From Azolla caroliniana (Eukaryota > Plantae > Polypodiophyta): a DNA stretch of 64,000 nucleotides. The position numbers were made by a program, and so were the translations under genes. Shown here one piece after another: positions 12,425-22,298 of the stretch. Numbering within the stretch: position 1 is the stretch's first letter; the number at the start of each line of letters is the position of its first letter. Location of the stretch: NCBI GenBank assembly GCA_043228905.1, contig JBHGNT010000001.1, positions 14,818,001 through 14,882,000 of the forward strand, read 5' to 3'. The notes under the pieces are model-generated. The model searched no databases. It saw nothing but the letters and a program-made list of their open reading frames with translations, and was not told the origin of the DNA.

Positions 12425-13033
12425 TGTCATGATTTGGCAAGACTCGAACCGATAACCTTATGTTACATGGGTCGAGCTCTTGCCATTAGACTATGTATTG
12501 TAATACAAGAAATATTATTTTCATTTAACTTTTACTATAGAAATTTGATGTATATTCCAAATTTCTCTAGAACATTCTAGAAACTTCAGGAGTACTCCGA
12601 AGAACACTATAAAAGGAGGCACAAGGCATTATTTCGAACCAAATCGGTTCAAGGCCAGTCTTAAGCCTCCTAACTACTATTGTATATTCTCTTAACATAA
12701 TATATATCTTTTGTTATCATCATTCTCTCTCTCTTTCTCTCTCTCTCTCACTCTCTCTCACTCTCTCACTCTTTCCTTCTCTCGAGAGTTCTACACCTTC
12801 CTTAGTACTAATCCTCATCTTTTAGTACTACTTCCTTCTCTGTCTTAGTATTGTTCCTAACAGTATTTCTCTGTCTTAGTACTCCTGACACACACTCTCT
12901 CTTACTTACTCTTTCCTTTTCTCGAGAGTTCTACACCTCCCTTAGTACTAATCCCCATCATTTAGTACTAATTCCTTCTCTGTATTAGTATTGTTCTTGA
13001 CAGTACTTCTCTGTCTTAGTACTGTTCCTGACA
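12425..13033 (+). repeat. Gypsy 3' LTR with TATA box (12608-12614) and duplicated U5 end
   Basis: TGTCA start after the PPT and TGACA end. U5 block repeated at ~12771-12890 and ~12911-13033. Confidence 0.88.
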
Positions 13034-13270
13034 CCTCGAACTGTCCTTGTACTCACCACCATTGTCGATCCGGACAGCCTTCAACTTTCTATCGGACTCT
13101 CCTGCAACTTTGGCCTGAAATTCCTTGAAGACTGACAGTACTTGGTTTTTCGACTTTAGCATGAAAGCCCACAACTTTCTGCTTTAATTTTCAATGAATG
13201 TCACAAAATACTGTCCACCACGATGTGATGGAGCATTCACGTAACATACATCCTTGTGGACTAATTCTAG
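13034..13270 (-). pseudogene. Copia integrase core fragment
   Basis: Minus-strand translation ELVHKDVCY..QYFVTFI..SRKLWAF..LKAVRIDNGGEY. Confidence 0.8.
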
Positions 13271-14190
13271 TAACTTGTTTGCATTCACAAGTGGAAGGAT
13301 CACGCATTCCACTTGTAGATTCCTTTTGTAATTATCCAAATATACCCTCTCTACAAAAATTGGATGCATTAGTATCACATGTTCAACATATGATTAGAAT
13401 TTGCAAAATTAATAAAACATGATAGGTCTCCGAGTTGAGAACATGTAAAATTCACTCAACTTTGGAATTGTTGATATGTTAATGCAATTATAATAAAGTT
13501 CAACAATGGCTCAATATCACACTTTTGTAAAACATGGCAAACACTCAAATGAAGACTTATATTTGCTTGATAAGTCTAGCAATTATTGTATCCATGTTAA
13601 TAGAATGAGTTATAATTAAGAGTTTGACCCATACTCGTATCTATATAATTGTTCTTAATGTAAGATAGTGAACCTTAGGATAATGTGATTGAAATAACAA
13701 AGTTATTAAAGATTTCAATACTTGTGTTTAAAGTTGATGCAATCTAATCCTTAGGTGATTCTCATGGGATCGAACTCCAATTGATAATGCTAGTTAAAGT
13801 ACAAGCATATGAAATATGTGGATATTGATGACAGGTGTTACTCCAAGGTTGTGCAACTAACGGAACTGTGTAGCATCGACCATTATCAACACACTACCCA
13901 AAGTAAGCAACAATGGAAGACAAACAAACTTAATAGTTTGATAATAATTGTGAACACATTGCCCATTCTAAGCAACAATAGAAGACAAAGAACCATAATA
14001 CATGGACAATTATATATTAGACATAGTTTGATAGTCTCGACAACTGATCTCAATTAACCACTTCGACGGTCTTGATGACAATTCACATCACCAACATCGA
14101 CAATCTTGAAAGTCTCCAAACTGACAATCATAATATGTTGAGGTTAACATTGACCTGGAATATTGCAATTATCAATAAGTGATGTTTCTT

Positions 14191-14347
14191 ATATGCTCAA
14201 AAGTAGGCTTAAGGTTAAGTAATTCATGTTTCTTCATATTAGAGACAACAATAGATGCACAAAATTAGGCTTAAGGTTAAGTAAATCATGTTTCTCTATA
14301 TTAGAGTCAACAATATATGCGCAAAATCATGCTTAAGATTAAGTAAG
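14191..14347. repeat. 62-bp tandem repeat, ~2.5 copies
   Basis: Unit A(T/G)ATGCnCAAAA..GCTTAAG(G/A)TTAAGTAA starts at 14191, 14253 and 14315. Confidence 0.8.
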
Positions 14348-15042
14348 GTTCACTTACACAATAATTGAATAACATTCATATAGCTTTAACTTTTCAAAGT
14401 CATAAGTCAACAAACCAAGTGTATAGGAATATAATTGAAACATATAGATTAATGTAAACAATGGACTACACTAATGGACGAACCGCTTCTCTTCAACCAT
14501 CGCTCATACCGCCTCCTCTATCGTTTGATTCTTCTGCTCCACCACACCGTTCTGCTCCAGTGTGTATCTGCAAGAGAATTCTCGTCGAATTCCTTCCTTC
14601 TGTAGATAATTTGAGAATTGGTCGAAAAAAGTACTCTTTCCCGCAATCGGACCTCAGGCACTTGATCTTCCTGCTAGTTTCCCGTTGGCAAGGCTCTTCA
14701 CCTTTAGGAAAAAGGAGAAGAAATCACTCTTCTTCGCGATCAAGCACGCCCAAGTGTGCTGAGTGTGGTCATCAATGAAGGTTACAAAGTAACGGCTTCC
14801 TCCCATGCTCACGTTCTGTGCCAGTCCCCACACATCCAAATGGATCAGATCGAGCCTGTTTCGGCTCCAATTTTGCTCGTTGGGGAATGGAAGTCGGTAT
14901 TGCTTCCCTAGTTGGCGGCCTTCACAGAATTGGCCGTTCTGGCCACTAAATTTCGGTATTCCGAAAACGATGTTCTTCGTCTGCATTTCTTGAAGCCATG
15001 GGAAGGTAACATGGTCGAACGCTTGTGCCATAGGTTGATATC

Positions 15043-15594
15043 GATTGGGAAACAGCTTCCTCCGAATGGGAAGAGAAGAACTGATTTGGTGAGTAACTCG
15101 GTCGAGGCCGATAGGTCAAGGCCGAAGTTGAAACCGAAACCGAAAACCGAAATCGTTTCGGAAGACTATAATTGTAAATAGTCTAAAATGCCTCTTAGGG
15201 GCTATACTTGTAACTAGCCAGAAAGTTGCTTTTGTTTATAAGCAACAAGGTCAAACTTTAGTAAACTCTAGTTGATCATTATTGTAAAGTTAGAATGAAG
15301 TAGTTGACTCTGTAACCGTGAGTGAGAGAGTGAGAGTGTAACTTTGTAGCGCCATTTGTCAGACTAAGGAGAACTCGAGGTCGTTGCCTCCAGGTTCTGT
15401 ATTTGTACTTCCTCTCTATTATAGTGATTTGTTTTCTCAGGGTTTGCGGACCCCCGTGGTTTTTCCCATTTCGGGTTCTCCACGTAAAATATCGGTGTCT
15501 CTGTGTCTTCAAGTTTTTCTATCTGTGTACTAGTTCTTGGTTCCTGCACATGAATACGAATGTGTAACCAGTTGTGGCCAATCGATTCCTAACA
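15043..15594 (+). repeat. Copia-A 5' LTR
   Basis: Aligns with 31616-31997 and is followed by PBS-Met. Confidence 0.88.
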
Positions 15595-16685
15595 AAGTGG
15601 TATCATAGCGATGGAAGACTCGTTTGACGACATGTTTAAGCTAACCGGCTCCAACTATTCATTGTGGAAATCGAAGATGAGAGACATGGTCGTTTGCAAA
15701 GACCTCTGGCTGTCGGTGCAGTTCGGAGATAAAAGACCAGACAAGATCGTGGGAAGTGTTGCATCTGAAGGCAACTGCATATATAAGGTGTTTTATAGAC
15801 ATGATTCTATACAACAACTTCAGCGAAGAAACTGAAGCAGATGTCCTATGGAAGAATATAGGTGTCATGTTCGAAAACAAGAACGCCTTGAACCTAGTCT
15901 CGGTATTTCGAAAAATCGTGAGGCTCCAGTATCAGGATGGCTCCAGTATGGCGGAGCATATCAATGCCTACCAAGGATTGATGAACCAAACCATCTCTCT
16001 AGAAGTACCCTCTGGCCGACGAGGTATTAACATTGTTGTTGTTGGGATCCCTTCTGGAAAGTTGGGAAACGCTGGTTTTCACGTTGGGCAACACAGGACC
16101 AGAAGGGAAACACATATCCCTAGAGCAGGTGAAGTCGAGCTTGCAAAACGAAGAAGCTCGCCGGAAGGACCGAGAGTCCAATATTGACCAGAAGGCCTTA
16201 GTCATGAAAGGTGACACGATTCAGGGAAGAAACCAAAATCAAAGTCCCCAAAACCGAGATAAGTGGGGGACCAAGTCGAGGTCGAGGGGGAGACCCACGT
16301 GCTTCTATTGTGGGAAGTCGGGCATTTCCAGAAAAACTGCCGACACTTTCGAAAGGAGAAAATGGGAGTTGATGGTGTAGAGCTGAAGAAAATCCGGGAC
16401 AGGAAGAACAGCTCAGCAATCACCACGAGTGAAGAGGAGTTGTAGCTCATGAGTGAGCAAAACGAAGTGAATCTCGCAGGTGAAGAATCGACATGGGTGG
16501 TCGATTCGGGTGTGTCATTTCACCTAACACCTAACCGAAAGTGCTTCTCATCCTACAGAGCATGAGACCTCAGATTTGTAAAGATGGGAAATGAAGGAGC
16601 ATGCCGAATTGTTAGCATTGGAGATGTGTGGCTGATGACATCGACCGGGTGCAAACTAGTGTTGCGAGATGTTCGACACATTTCG

Positions 16686-17435
16686 TGTCGGGGATCGACG
16701 CTCCGATTCACCTTCTTCTCCCGGCCACAACCGAGTAATTGCGAATCAAAGGAGCAGAAAATAGGAAACACAGAGAAAGACACGATGACACAGGGATTAG
16801 CGTGGAAAACCCTAAATGGGAAAAACCACGGGAGTCCTCAAACTCCAACTATCACTATGAACAGAGATGTACAATGGTGAAGCTACAAGGCAACAACCTT
16901 GAGTTCACTGTCTTCGCCACAGGCGGCGGTAATACACAGAGGCAACGACCTCTTCCTCTCTCTCTCTCTCTCTTTCTCTCTCGGCTGCTCTCACTTCGCT
17001 CCCTCTTAGTGGAAAACAGAAAATGAGCAACAACATTAAAACTGTTTGCCCTAAGTCATATTTATACACATATGACTTTCGGGCTATTTACAAATATAGC
17101 CTCAAAGGGCTCTTGGCAAAACATATTCACAAAATATGTCCCCGCATCCGGATCTCTCTCCGGGTACATTCGTCATCCGGCTCCGTTACCGGGGTCTTCA
17201 GTCATCCGGCTCCGTAGCCAGGGTCTTCATCATCCGTCTCCGTAACCGGAACCGGGCTTGCCGTCATCCGGATCTCTCTCCGGGTACATTCGTCATCCGT
17301 CTCCGTAACCGGAACCGGGCTTGCCGTCATCCGGATCTCTCTCCGGGTACATTCGTCATCCGGCTCCGTAACCGGAACCGGGCTTGCCGTCATTCATCTC
17401 CGGACATCCCATCCGGAGGGACCGAAATCCCAACA
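16686..17435 (-). repeat. Copia-C 3' LTR with 63-bp U3 tandem repeats
   Basis: TG...CA termini; direct repeat of 21549-22298. Confidence 0.95.
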
Positions 17436-17445
17436 AACTCCCCCT

Positions 17446-20400
17446 TCACTTCGGCATGGGATGTCTCTCCAGTCCGATCCTCTTCCGGCATGCTTCCAGC
17501 TTGTCGGGTGTGAGCACCTTGGTCAGCATATCCGACCCGTTCTGGTCCGTGTGGACCTTCGTCAGCACGAACTCCTTGTCTTCTATCCTTTCCCGGATCC
17601 AGTGATATCTTCGCTGGATGTGCTTCGTCCGGGAGTGATAGGCCGCGTTCTTCGCAAGGTGGATTGCACTCTGACTGTCGCAGTAGAGTCGGTACTCCTC
17701 CTGCCGGATACCGAGCTCTCTAATGAAGTCCTTCATCCATATTATTTCCTTGCCGGCTTCAACAGCCGCCATGTACTCCGCCTCCGTGGTTGACAGCGCA
17801 ACCGTCTTCTGCAGCCTCGACTGCCATGAAACAGCTCCCCCTGCATACGTCATCACATACCCTGATGTGGACCGGCTGGTATCTGTATCAGCCGACATAT
17901 CCGAGTCGGTGAAGCCGTCGAGTTCGGGCTTACCGGAGCCGAATCGGAGGCACACGTTTGCCGTACCCTTCAGGTATCGGAGTAACCACTTGACCGCATT
18001 CCAATGCTCTTTGCCAGGATTGCTCATGTACCGGCTCACCACTCCGACTGCGTATCCGATGTCCGGTCTCGTACACACCATGGCGTACATCAAGCTCCCG
18101 ACGGCTGAGGCATACGGCACTTTCATCATATCCTCCTTTTCAGCCTTTGTCTTGGGACTTTGCTTGCTGGACAACTTGCAGTTTGCCGGTAGGGTTGATC
18201 CGACCGGTCTTGCTTCCGACATGTTGAACCGGTGAAGCACCTTTGTCACGTACTTCTCCTGTGACAGCCACAACTGCTTCTTCTTCCGGTCCCGGATGAT
18301 GTGCATCCCTAGTATTTGCCTCGCCGGACCCAGGTCCTTCATTGAGAAGGTTCGGTGAAGCGCTTTCTTCAGCGTCCGTATCTTGACCTGGTCCCGTCCG
18401 ACGATCAACATGTCGTCCACGTACAGGAGGAGTATTAGAGAGTCTCCTCCTTCGAACTTCTTCACAAACACGCAGTGGTCGGACTGCGTTTTGAGGTACC
18501 CTTCGTCGGTCATGAAGGAGTCGAACTTCCGGTACCATTGCCGGGGAGCCTGCTTCAGTCCGTAAAGGCTCTTCTTCAACCGGCATACCAGGTGCTCCTT
18601 CCCTTTCTTCTCGAATCCTTCCGGTTGCTGCATGTAGATCTCTTCTTCGAGGTCACCGTGAAGGAATGCCGTCTTCACGTCCATCTGATCTACCTCGAGG
18701 TCCATGCTTGCCGCTATGCTCAGCACCGTCCAGATGGAGGTCATCTTTACTACTGGGGCAAATATCTCGTCGAAGTCGACGCCCTTCTTCTGCTGAAACC
18801 CCTTCACCACGATCCTGGCTTTGTATCTCGGGGGGTTTCCGGCATCTCCTGGTTTCAGCTTGAACACCCACTTGTTACGGAGTGCCCGTTTTCCTTTCGG
18901 CAACTCCACAAGTTCATATGTGTGGTTCTCATGCAGGGAATCCATCTCGTCCTGCATGGCACTCAACCACCTGCGGCTCTGGGTGTCATGCTTTGCTTCT
19001 TCAAAGCTCTCCGGCTCCCCCTCGTCGGTTAGCAGCACGTGCTCTGGTTCCGGAAATCTCCGGGGGGCCCTTCTCTCTCTTAGAGGATATCTCCGTTCCG
19101 GAGCTTCGGTAACCGGTTCTTCCGATTCTTCTTCATCCGAATCCATTTCGGGATCGGGGCCGGTTCCGGTATCATTTTCATCTTCTTCGGCCGGTTCTGT
19201 TTCTTCACCGTCTTCGGCCGGATCCTCGAGTGCTAACCGGTCCCTTGCCGGTCGGGACTGCCCCTCGTAGAGTTGATCCTCACCGGTCGACTTGGAGCTC
19301 TTCATCTTCTTCTCCGACTCCCAGTCGGCGAGTGTCTTGTCCTCCATGAAGATGATGTCTCGACTCCTGAATATCTTCTTGTCGACCGGGTCCCATACTC
19401 GGTAGCCGAACTCGTCGTCACCGTAACCGAGGAATATGCATGGCCGGGTCTTTGGATCTAGCTTTCCTCTCCGGTCCTTTGCCACATGCACGTATGCGAG
19501 ACACCCGAACACCTTCAGATGCCGGTAGGATACTTCCCTACCGGTCCACACTCTCTGCGGCGTGTCTCCGTCCAAAGGTACTGAGGGTGATCGGTTTATC
19601 ACATATGTCGCCGTCGACATTGCCTCAGCCCAAAATCCCTTGGGTAATTTCGCATGCGCCAGCATACTCCGGACCCTCTCCATTATGGTCCGGTTCATCC
19701 TCTCGGCCAGCCCGTTCAGTTCCGGCGTCTTCGGCACAGTAAACTCGAGCCGGATTCCCTTCGAGCGACAGTACTCCTGGAACTGCCCCCGGTATTCCCC
19801 TCCGTTATCCGCTCGTATCGCTTTCAGCTTCTTGCCGGATTCCCTTTCCACTCTCGCGTGGAGTTCTTTGAAGACGGACAATACTTGGTCCTTTGTCTTC
19901 AACGGTGCCGTCCACAACTTCCGGCTGTGATCATCAATGAATGTCACGAAGTACTGGGCTCTGCCATGTGACTTCGTTTCTACCTGACACACATCAGTGT
20001 GCACCAGCTCCAATGGTGCGCTACGTCTCGTCGGTGGCCTTGAGTGGAAGGAGGTCCGGTTTTGCTTACCGGCCAGGCAGTCGGTGCACTTCTCCAGGTG
20101 CACATGCTTCACTGGAATAAGGTTGTCTTCTGCAAGCCTCTTCATCCCCTTCTCACTCATGTGGCACAGTCTCTTGTGCCACAGCTCACCGGCAGCGTCG
20201 GCTGCCACGTTCAGCTCCTCCGGACATAGCCGGGCATTCATCAGGTATAGGGTGTTGACCTTCCGGGCCCGAGCCACTATCAGGCTCCCCTTGCTGAACT
20301 TCATGACACCGTTCCGGATGCTGCCCGTGTAGCCTTCATCGTCTAGCCTCCCGGCCGAGATCAGGTTCAATCGGACCTCCGGAACGTGTCGAACATCCTT

Positions 20401-21528
20401 CAGCAGCATCTTGCATCCGGTTGATGTCATCAGCCACACGTCTCCTATGCCGGCAATCCGGCATGTACCTTCATTTCCCATCCGGACACAGCCATGCTCA
20501 CCGGCTGTGTAGGATGAGAAGTATTTCTTCTCCGGGGTCAGGTGGAACGATGCTCCGGAATCGACCACCCAGGTCATCTCTTCACCGGCAAGGTTCAGCT
20601 CCCTCTCTTCGGTAATGAGCATTATCTCTTCTTCACTTGCCGCAAGTGCCGTCGTTCCTTTCCGGTCCTGCCCTCGCCGATCCGGACCTCTCCGGTCCGT
20701 GGCTCCCCGGTATGCACCGTTTCTCTCCGGTGACTTCTTCGAATCGGTGTCGTCGGCTCCGTTGTCCTTTCGGTAATGCCGACAATTCTTCCGGAAGTGC
20801 CCCGGCTTCCCACAGTGGAAGCACGTGGGCCTTCCTCTTGACTGCGACCGGGTCCCCGACTTCTCCCGTCTTTGCGGACTCCGGTTCCACTGTCTTCCCC
20901 GTTCCGATTCGGTAAGCAGCGCCTTCGAGTCGGAGGCCGGTTCTTTATCTCTCCGACGCGCTTCTTCGTTCAAAATACTTGTCTTTACCGTTTGTAGGGA
21001 CAAGTTGTCTTCCGTGCAGGAGGTGCTGAGAGTCACCACCAAGTTCTCCCAGCTGTCCGGCAATGTACACATCAGGATGATGGCTTGCATTGCATCCTCC
21101 AACGGGAACTTGATCGCCGCAAGCTGATTCACGAATCCCATGAACGTGCTTACGTGTTCCACCATACTCTCGCCGTCCCGGTACTTGAGATTCACTATCT
21201 TCCTCATCAGGGAGGTCCGGTTCAACGCATTCTTCCTCTCGTAGAGGCCCGACAGCTTCTTCCACATCTCATATGCGTTGGTGTCGTTCGCCACATGTTG
21301 TAGGACGCTTACATCGACATATTGTCGGATCGTCGCTACGGCTTTCCGGTTCAGGAGCTTCCACTCCGACTCAAGTACCCCCTTCGGTATTTCCGACCTG
21401 TCGATCGGTTCGTACAGGTCCCGAACAATCAGAAGATCCTCCATCTTGATCTTCCAGTCGGCGTAATTCTGTGCATTCAGCACCATCATCCCCGGCTGCC
21501 CGCTACCGCCGCCTTCCATTTTCTGCAA
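17446..21528 (-). CDS. Copia Gag-Pol polyprotein (Gag, CCHC, PR, GAG-pre-IN, IN, RT, RNase H), 1360 aa
   Basis: Motifs CFHCGKPGHFRKNC, WVVDSGASFH, LWHKRLCH, HTDVC..DNGGEY..NGLAERMNR, LYGLKQAPRQW, YVDD, YCDSQSAI..RTKHI. Confidence 0.97.
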   Translation of the reverse strand: MQKMEGGGSGQPGMMVLNAQNYADWKIKMEDLLIVRDLYEPIDRSEIPKGVLESEWKLLNRKAVATIRQYVDVSVLQHVANDTNAYEMWKKLSGLYERKNALNRTSLMRKIVNLKYRDGESMVEHVSTFMGFVNQLAAIKFPLEDAMQAIILMCTLPDSWENLVVTLSTSCTEDNLSLQTVKTSILNEEARRRDKEPASDSKALLTESERGRQWNRSPQRREKSGTRSQSRGRPTCFHCGKPGHFRKNCRHYRKDNGADDTDSKKSPERNGAYRGATDRRGPDRRGQDRKGTTALAASEEEIMLITEERELNLAGEEMTWVVDSGASFHLTPEKKYFSSYTAGEHGCVRMGNEGTCRIAGIGDVWLMTSTGCKMLLKDVRHVPEVRLNLISAGRLDDEGYTGSIRNGVMKFSKGSLIVARARKVNTLYLMNARLCPEELNVAADAAGELWHKRLCHMSEKGMKRLAEDNLIPVKHVHLEKCTDCLAGKQNRTSFHSRPPTRRSAPLELVHTDVCQVETKSHGRAQYFVTFIDDHSRKLWTAPLKTKDQVLSVFKELHARVERESGKKLKAIRADNGGEYRGQFQEYCRSKGIRLEFTVPKTPELNGLAERMNRTIMERVRSMLAHAKLPKGFWAEAMSTATYVINRSPSVPLDGDTPQRVWTGREVSYRHLKVFGCLAYVHVAKDRRGKLDPKTRPCIFLGYGDDEFGYRVWDPVDKKIFRSRDIIFMEDKTLADWESEKKMKSSKSTGEDQLYEGQSRPARDRLALEDPAEDGEETEPAEEDENDTGTGPDPEMDSDEEESEEPVTEAPERRYPLRERRAPRRFPEPEHVLLTDEGEPESFEEAKHDTQSRRWLSAMQDEMDSLHENHTYELVELPKGKRALRNKWVFKLKPGDAGNPPRYKARIVVKGFQQKKGVDFDEIFAPVVKMTSIWTVLSIAASMDLEVDQMDVKTAFLHGDLEEEIYMQQPEGFEKKGKEHLVCRLKKSLYGLKQAPRQWYRKFDSFMTDEGYLKTQSDHCVFVKKFEGGDSLILLLYVDDMLIVGRDQVKIRTLKKALHRTFSMKDLGPARQILGMHIIRDRKKKQLWLSQEKYVTKVLHRFNMSEARPVGSTLPANCKLSSKQSPKTKAEKEDMMKVPYASAVGSLMYAMVCTRPDIGYAVGVVSRYMSNPGKEHWNAVKWLLRYLKGTANVCLRFGSGKPELDGFTDSDMSADTDTSRSTSGYVMTYAGGAVSWQSRLQKTVALSTTEAEYMAAVEAGKEIIWMKDFIRELGIRQEEYRLYCDSQSAIHLAKNAAYHSRTKHIQRRYHWIRERIEDKEFVLTKVHTDQNGSDMLTKVLTPDKLEACRKRIGLERHPMPK

Positions 21529-21548
21529 CAGTCGCTCTGATACCAGTT

Positions 21549-22298
21549 TGTCGGGGATCGACGCTCCGATTCACCTTCTTCTCCCGGCCACAACCGAGTA
21601 ATTGCGAATCAAAGGAGCAGAAAATAGGAAACACAGAGAAAGACACGATGACACAGGGATTAGCGTGGAAAACCCTAAATGGGAAAAACCACGGGAGTCC
21701 TCAAACTCCAACTATCACTATGAACAGAGATGTACAATGGTGAAGCTACAAGGCAACAACCTTGAGTTCACTGTCTTCGCCACAGGCGGCGGTAATACAC
21801 AGAGGCAACGACCTCTTCCTCTCTCTCTCTCTCTCTTTCTCTCTCGGCTGCTCTCACTTCGCTCCCTCTTAGTGGAAAACAGAAAATGAGCAACAACATT
21901 AAAACTGTTTGCCCTAAGTCATATTTATACACATATGACTTTCGGGCTATTTACAAATATAGCCTCAAAGGGCTCTTGGCAAAACATATTCACAAAATAT
22001 GTCCCCGCATCCGGATCTCTCTCCGGGTACATTCGTCATCCGGCTCCGTTACCGGGGTCTTCAGTCATCCGGCTCCGTAGCCAGGGTCTTCATCATCCGT
22101 CTCCGTAACCGGAACCGGGCTTGCCGTCATCCGGATCTCTCTCCGGGTACATTCGTCATCCGTCTCCGTAACCGGAACCGGGCTTGCCGTCATCCGGATC
22201 TCTCTCCGGGTACATTCGTCATCCGGCTCCGTAACCGGAACCGGGCTTGCCGTCATTCATCTCCGGACATCCCATCCGGAGGGACCGAAATCCCAACA
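21549..22298 (-). repeat. Copia-C 5' LTR
   Basis: Followed on the minus strand by AAC-TGGTATCAGAGCG (tRNA-iMet PBS). Confidence 0.95.

Larger units (their letters stand above)
3607..13033 (+). mobile_element. Ty3/Gypsy chromovirus (Tcn1/Tf1-like), full-length but decayed; its 5' LTR is also the 3' LTR of the upstream copy
   Basis: LTRs TGTCA...TGACA at 3607-7174 (LINE-interrupted) and 12425-13033. Internal order is gag, PR, RT, RH, IN, chromodomain. PPT at 12412-12424. Confidence 0.9.
16686..22298 (-). mobile_element. Copia-C: intact, very young Ty1/Copia (Tork-like) LTR retrotransposon
   Basis: Perfect TSD TTTCG (16681-16685 / 22299-22303). 750-bp LTRs 16686-17435 and 21549-22298 with no difference seen. 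PBS-Met 21533-21545, PPT 17436-17450, uninterrupted ORF. Confidence 0.97.

Noticed and set aside
13280-14550. Host gene or exon between the elements
   Set aside because: AT-rich with only short ORFs and no recognisable motifs. Only the 62-bp repeat is supportable.
17136-17513. Repeat protein (RLRNRNRACRHPDLSPGTFVI)n
   Set aside because: Simply the translation of the 63-bp LTR tandem repeat.
17461-21500. Many plus-strand ORFs of 100-185 aa antisense to Copia-C
   Set aside because: Shadow ORFs of a GC-rich coding strand, with no recognisable domains.
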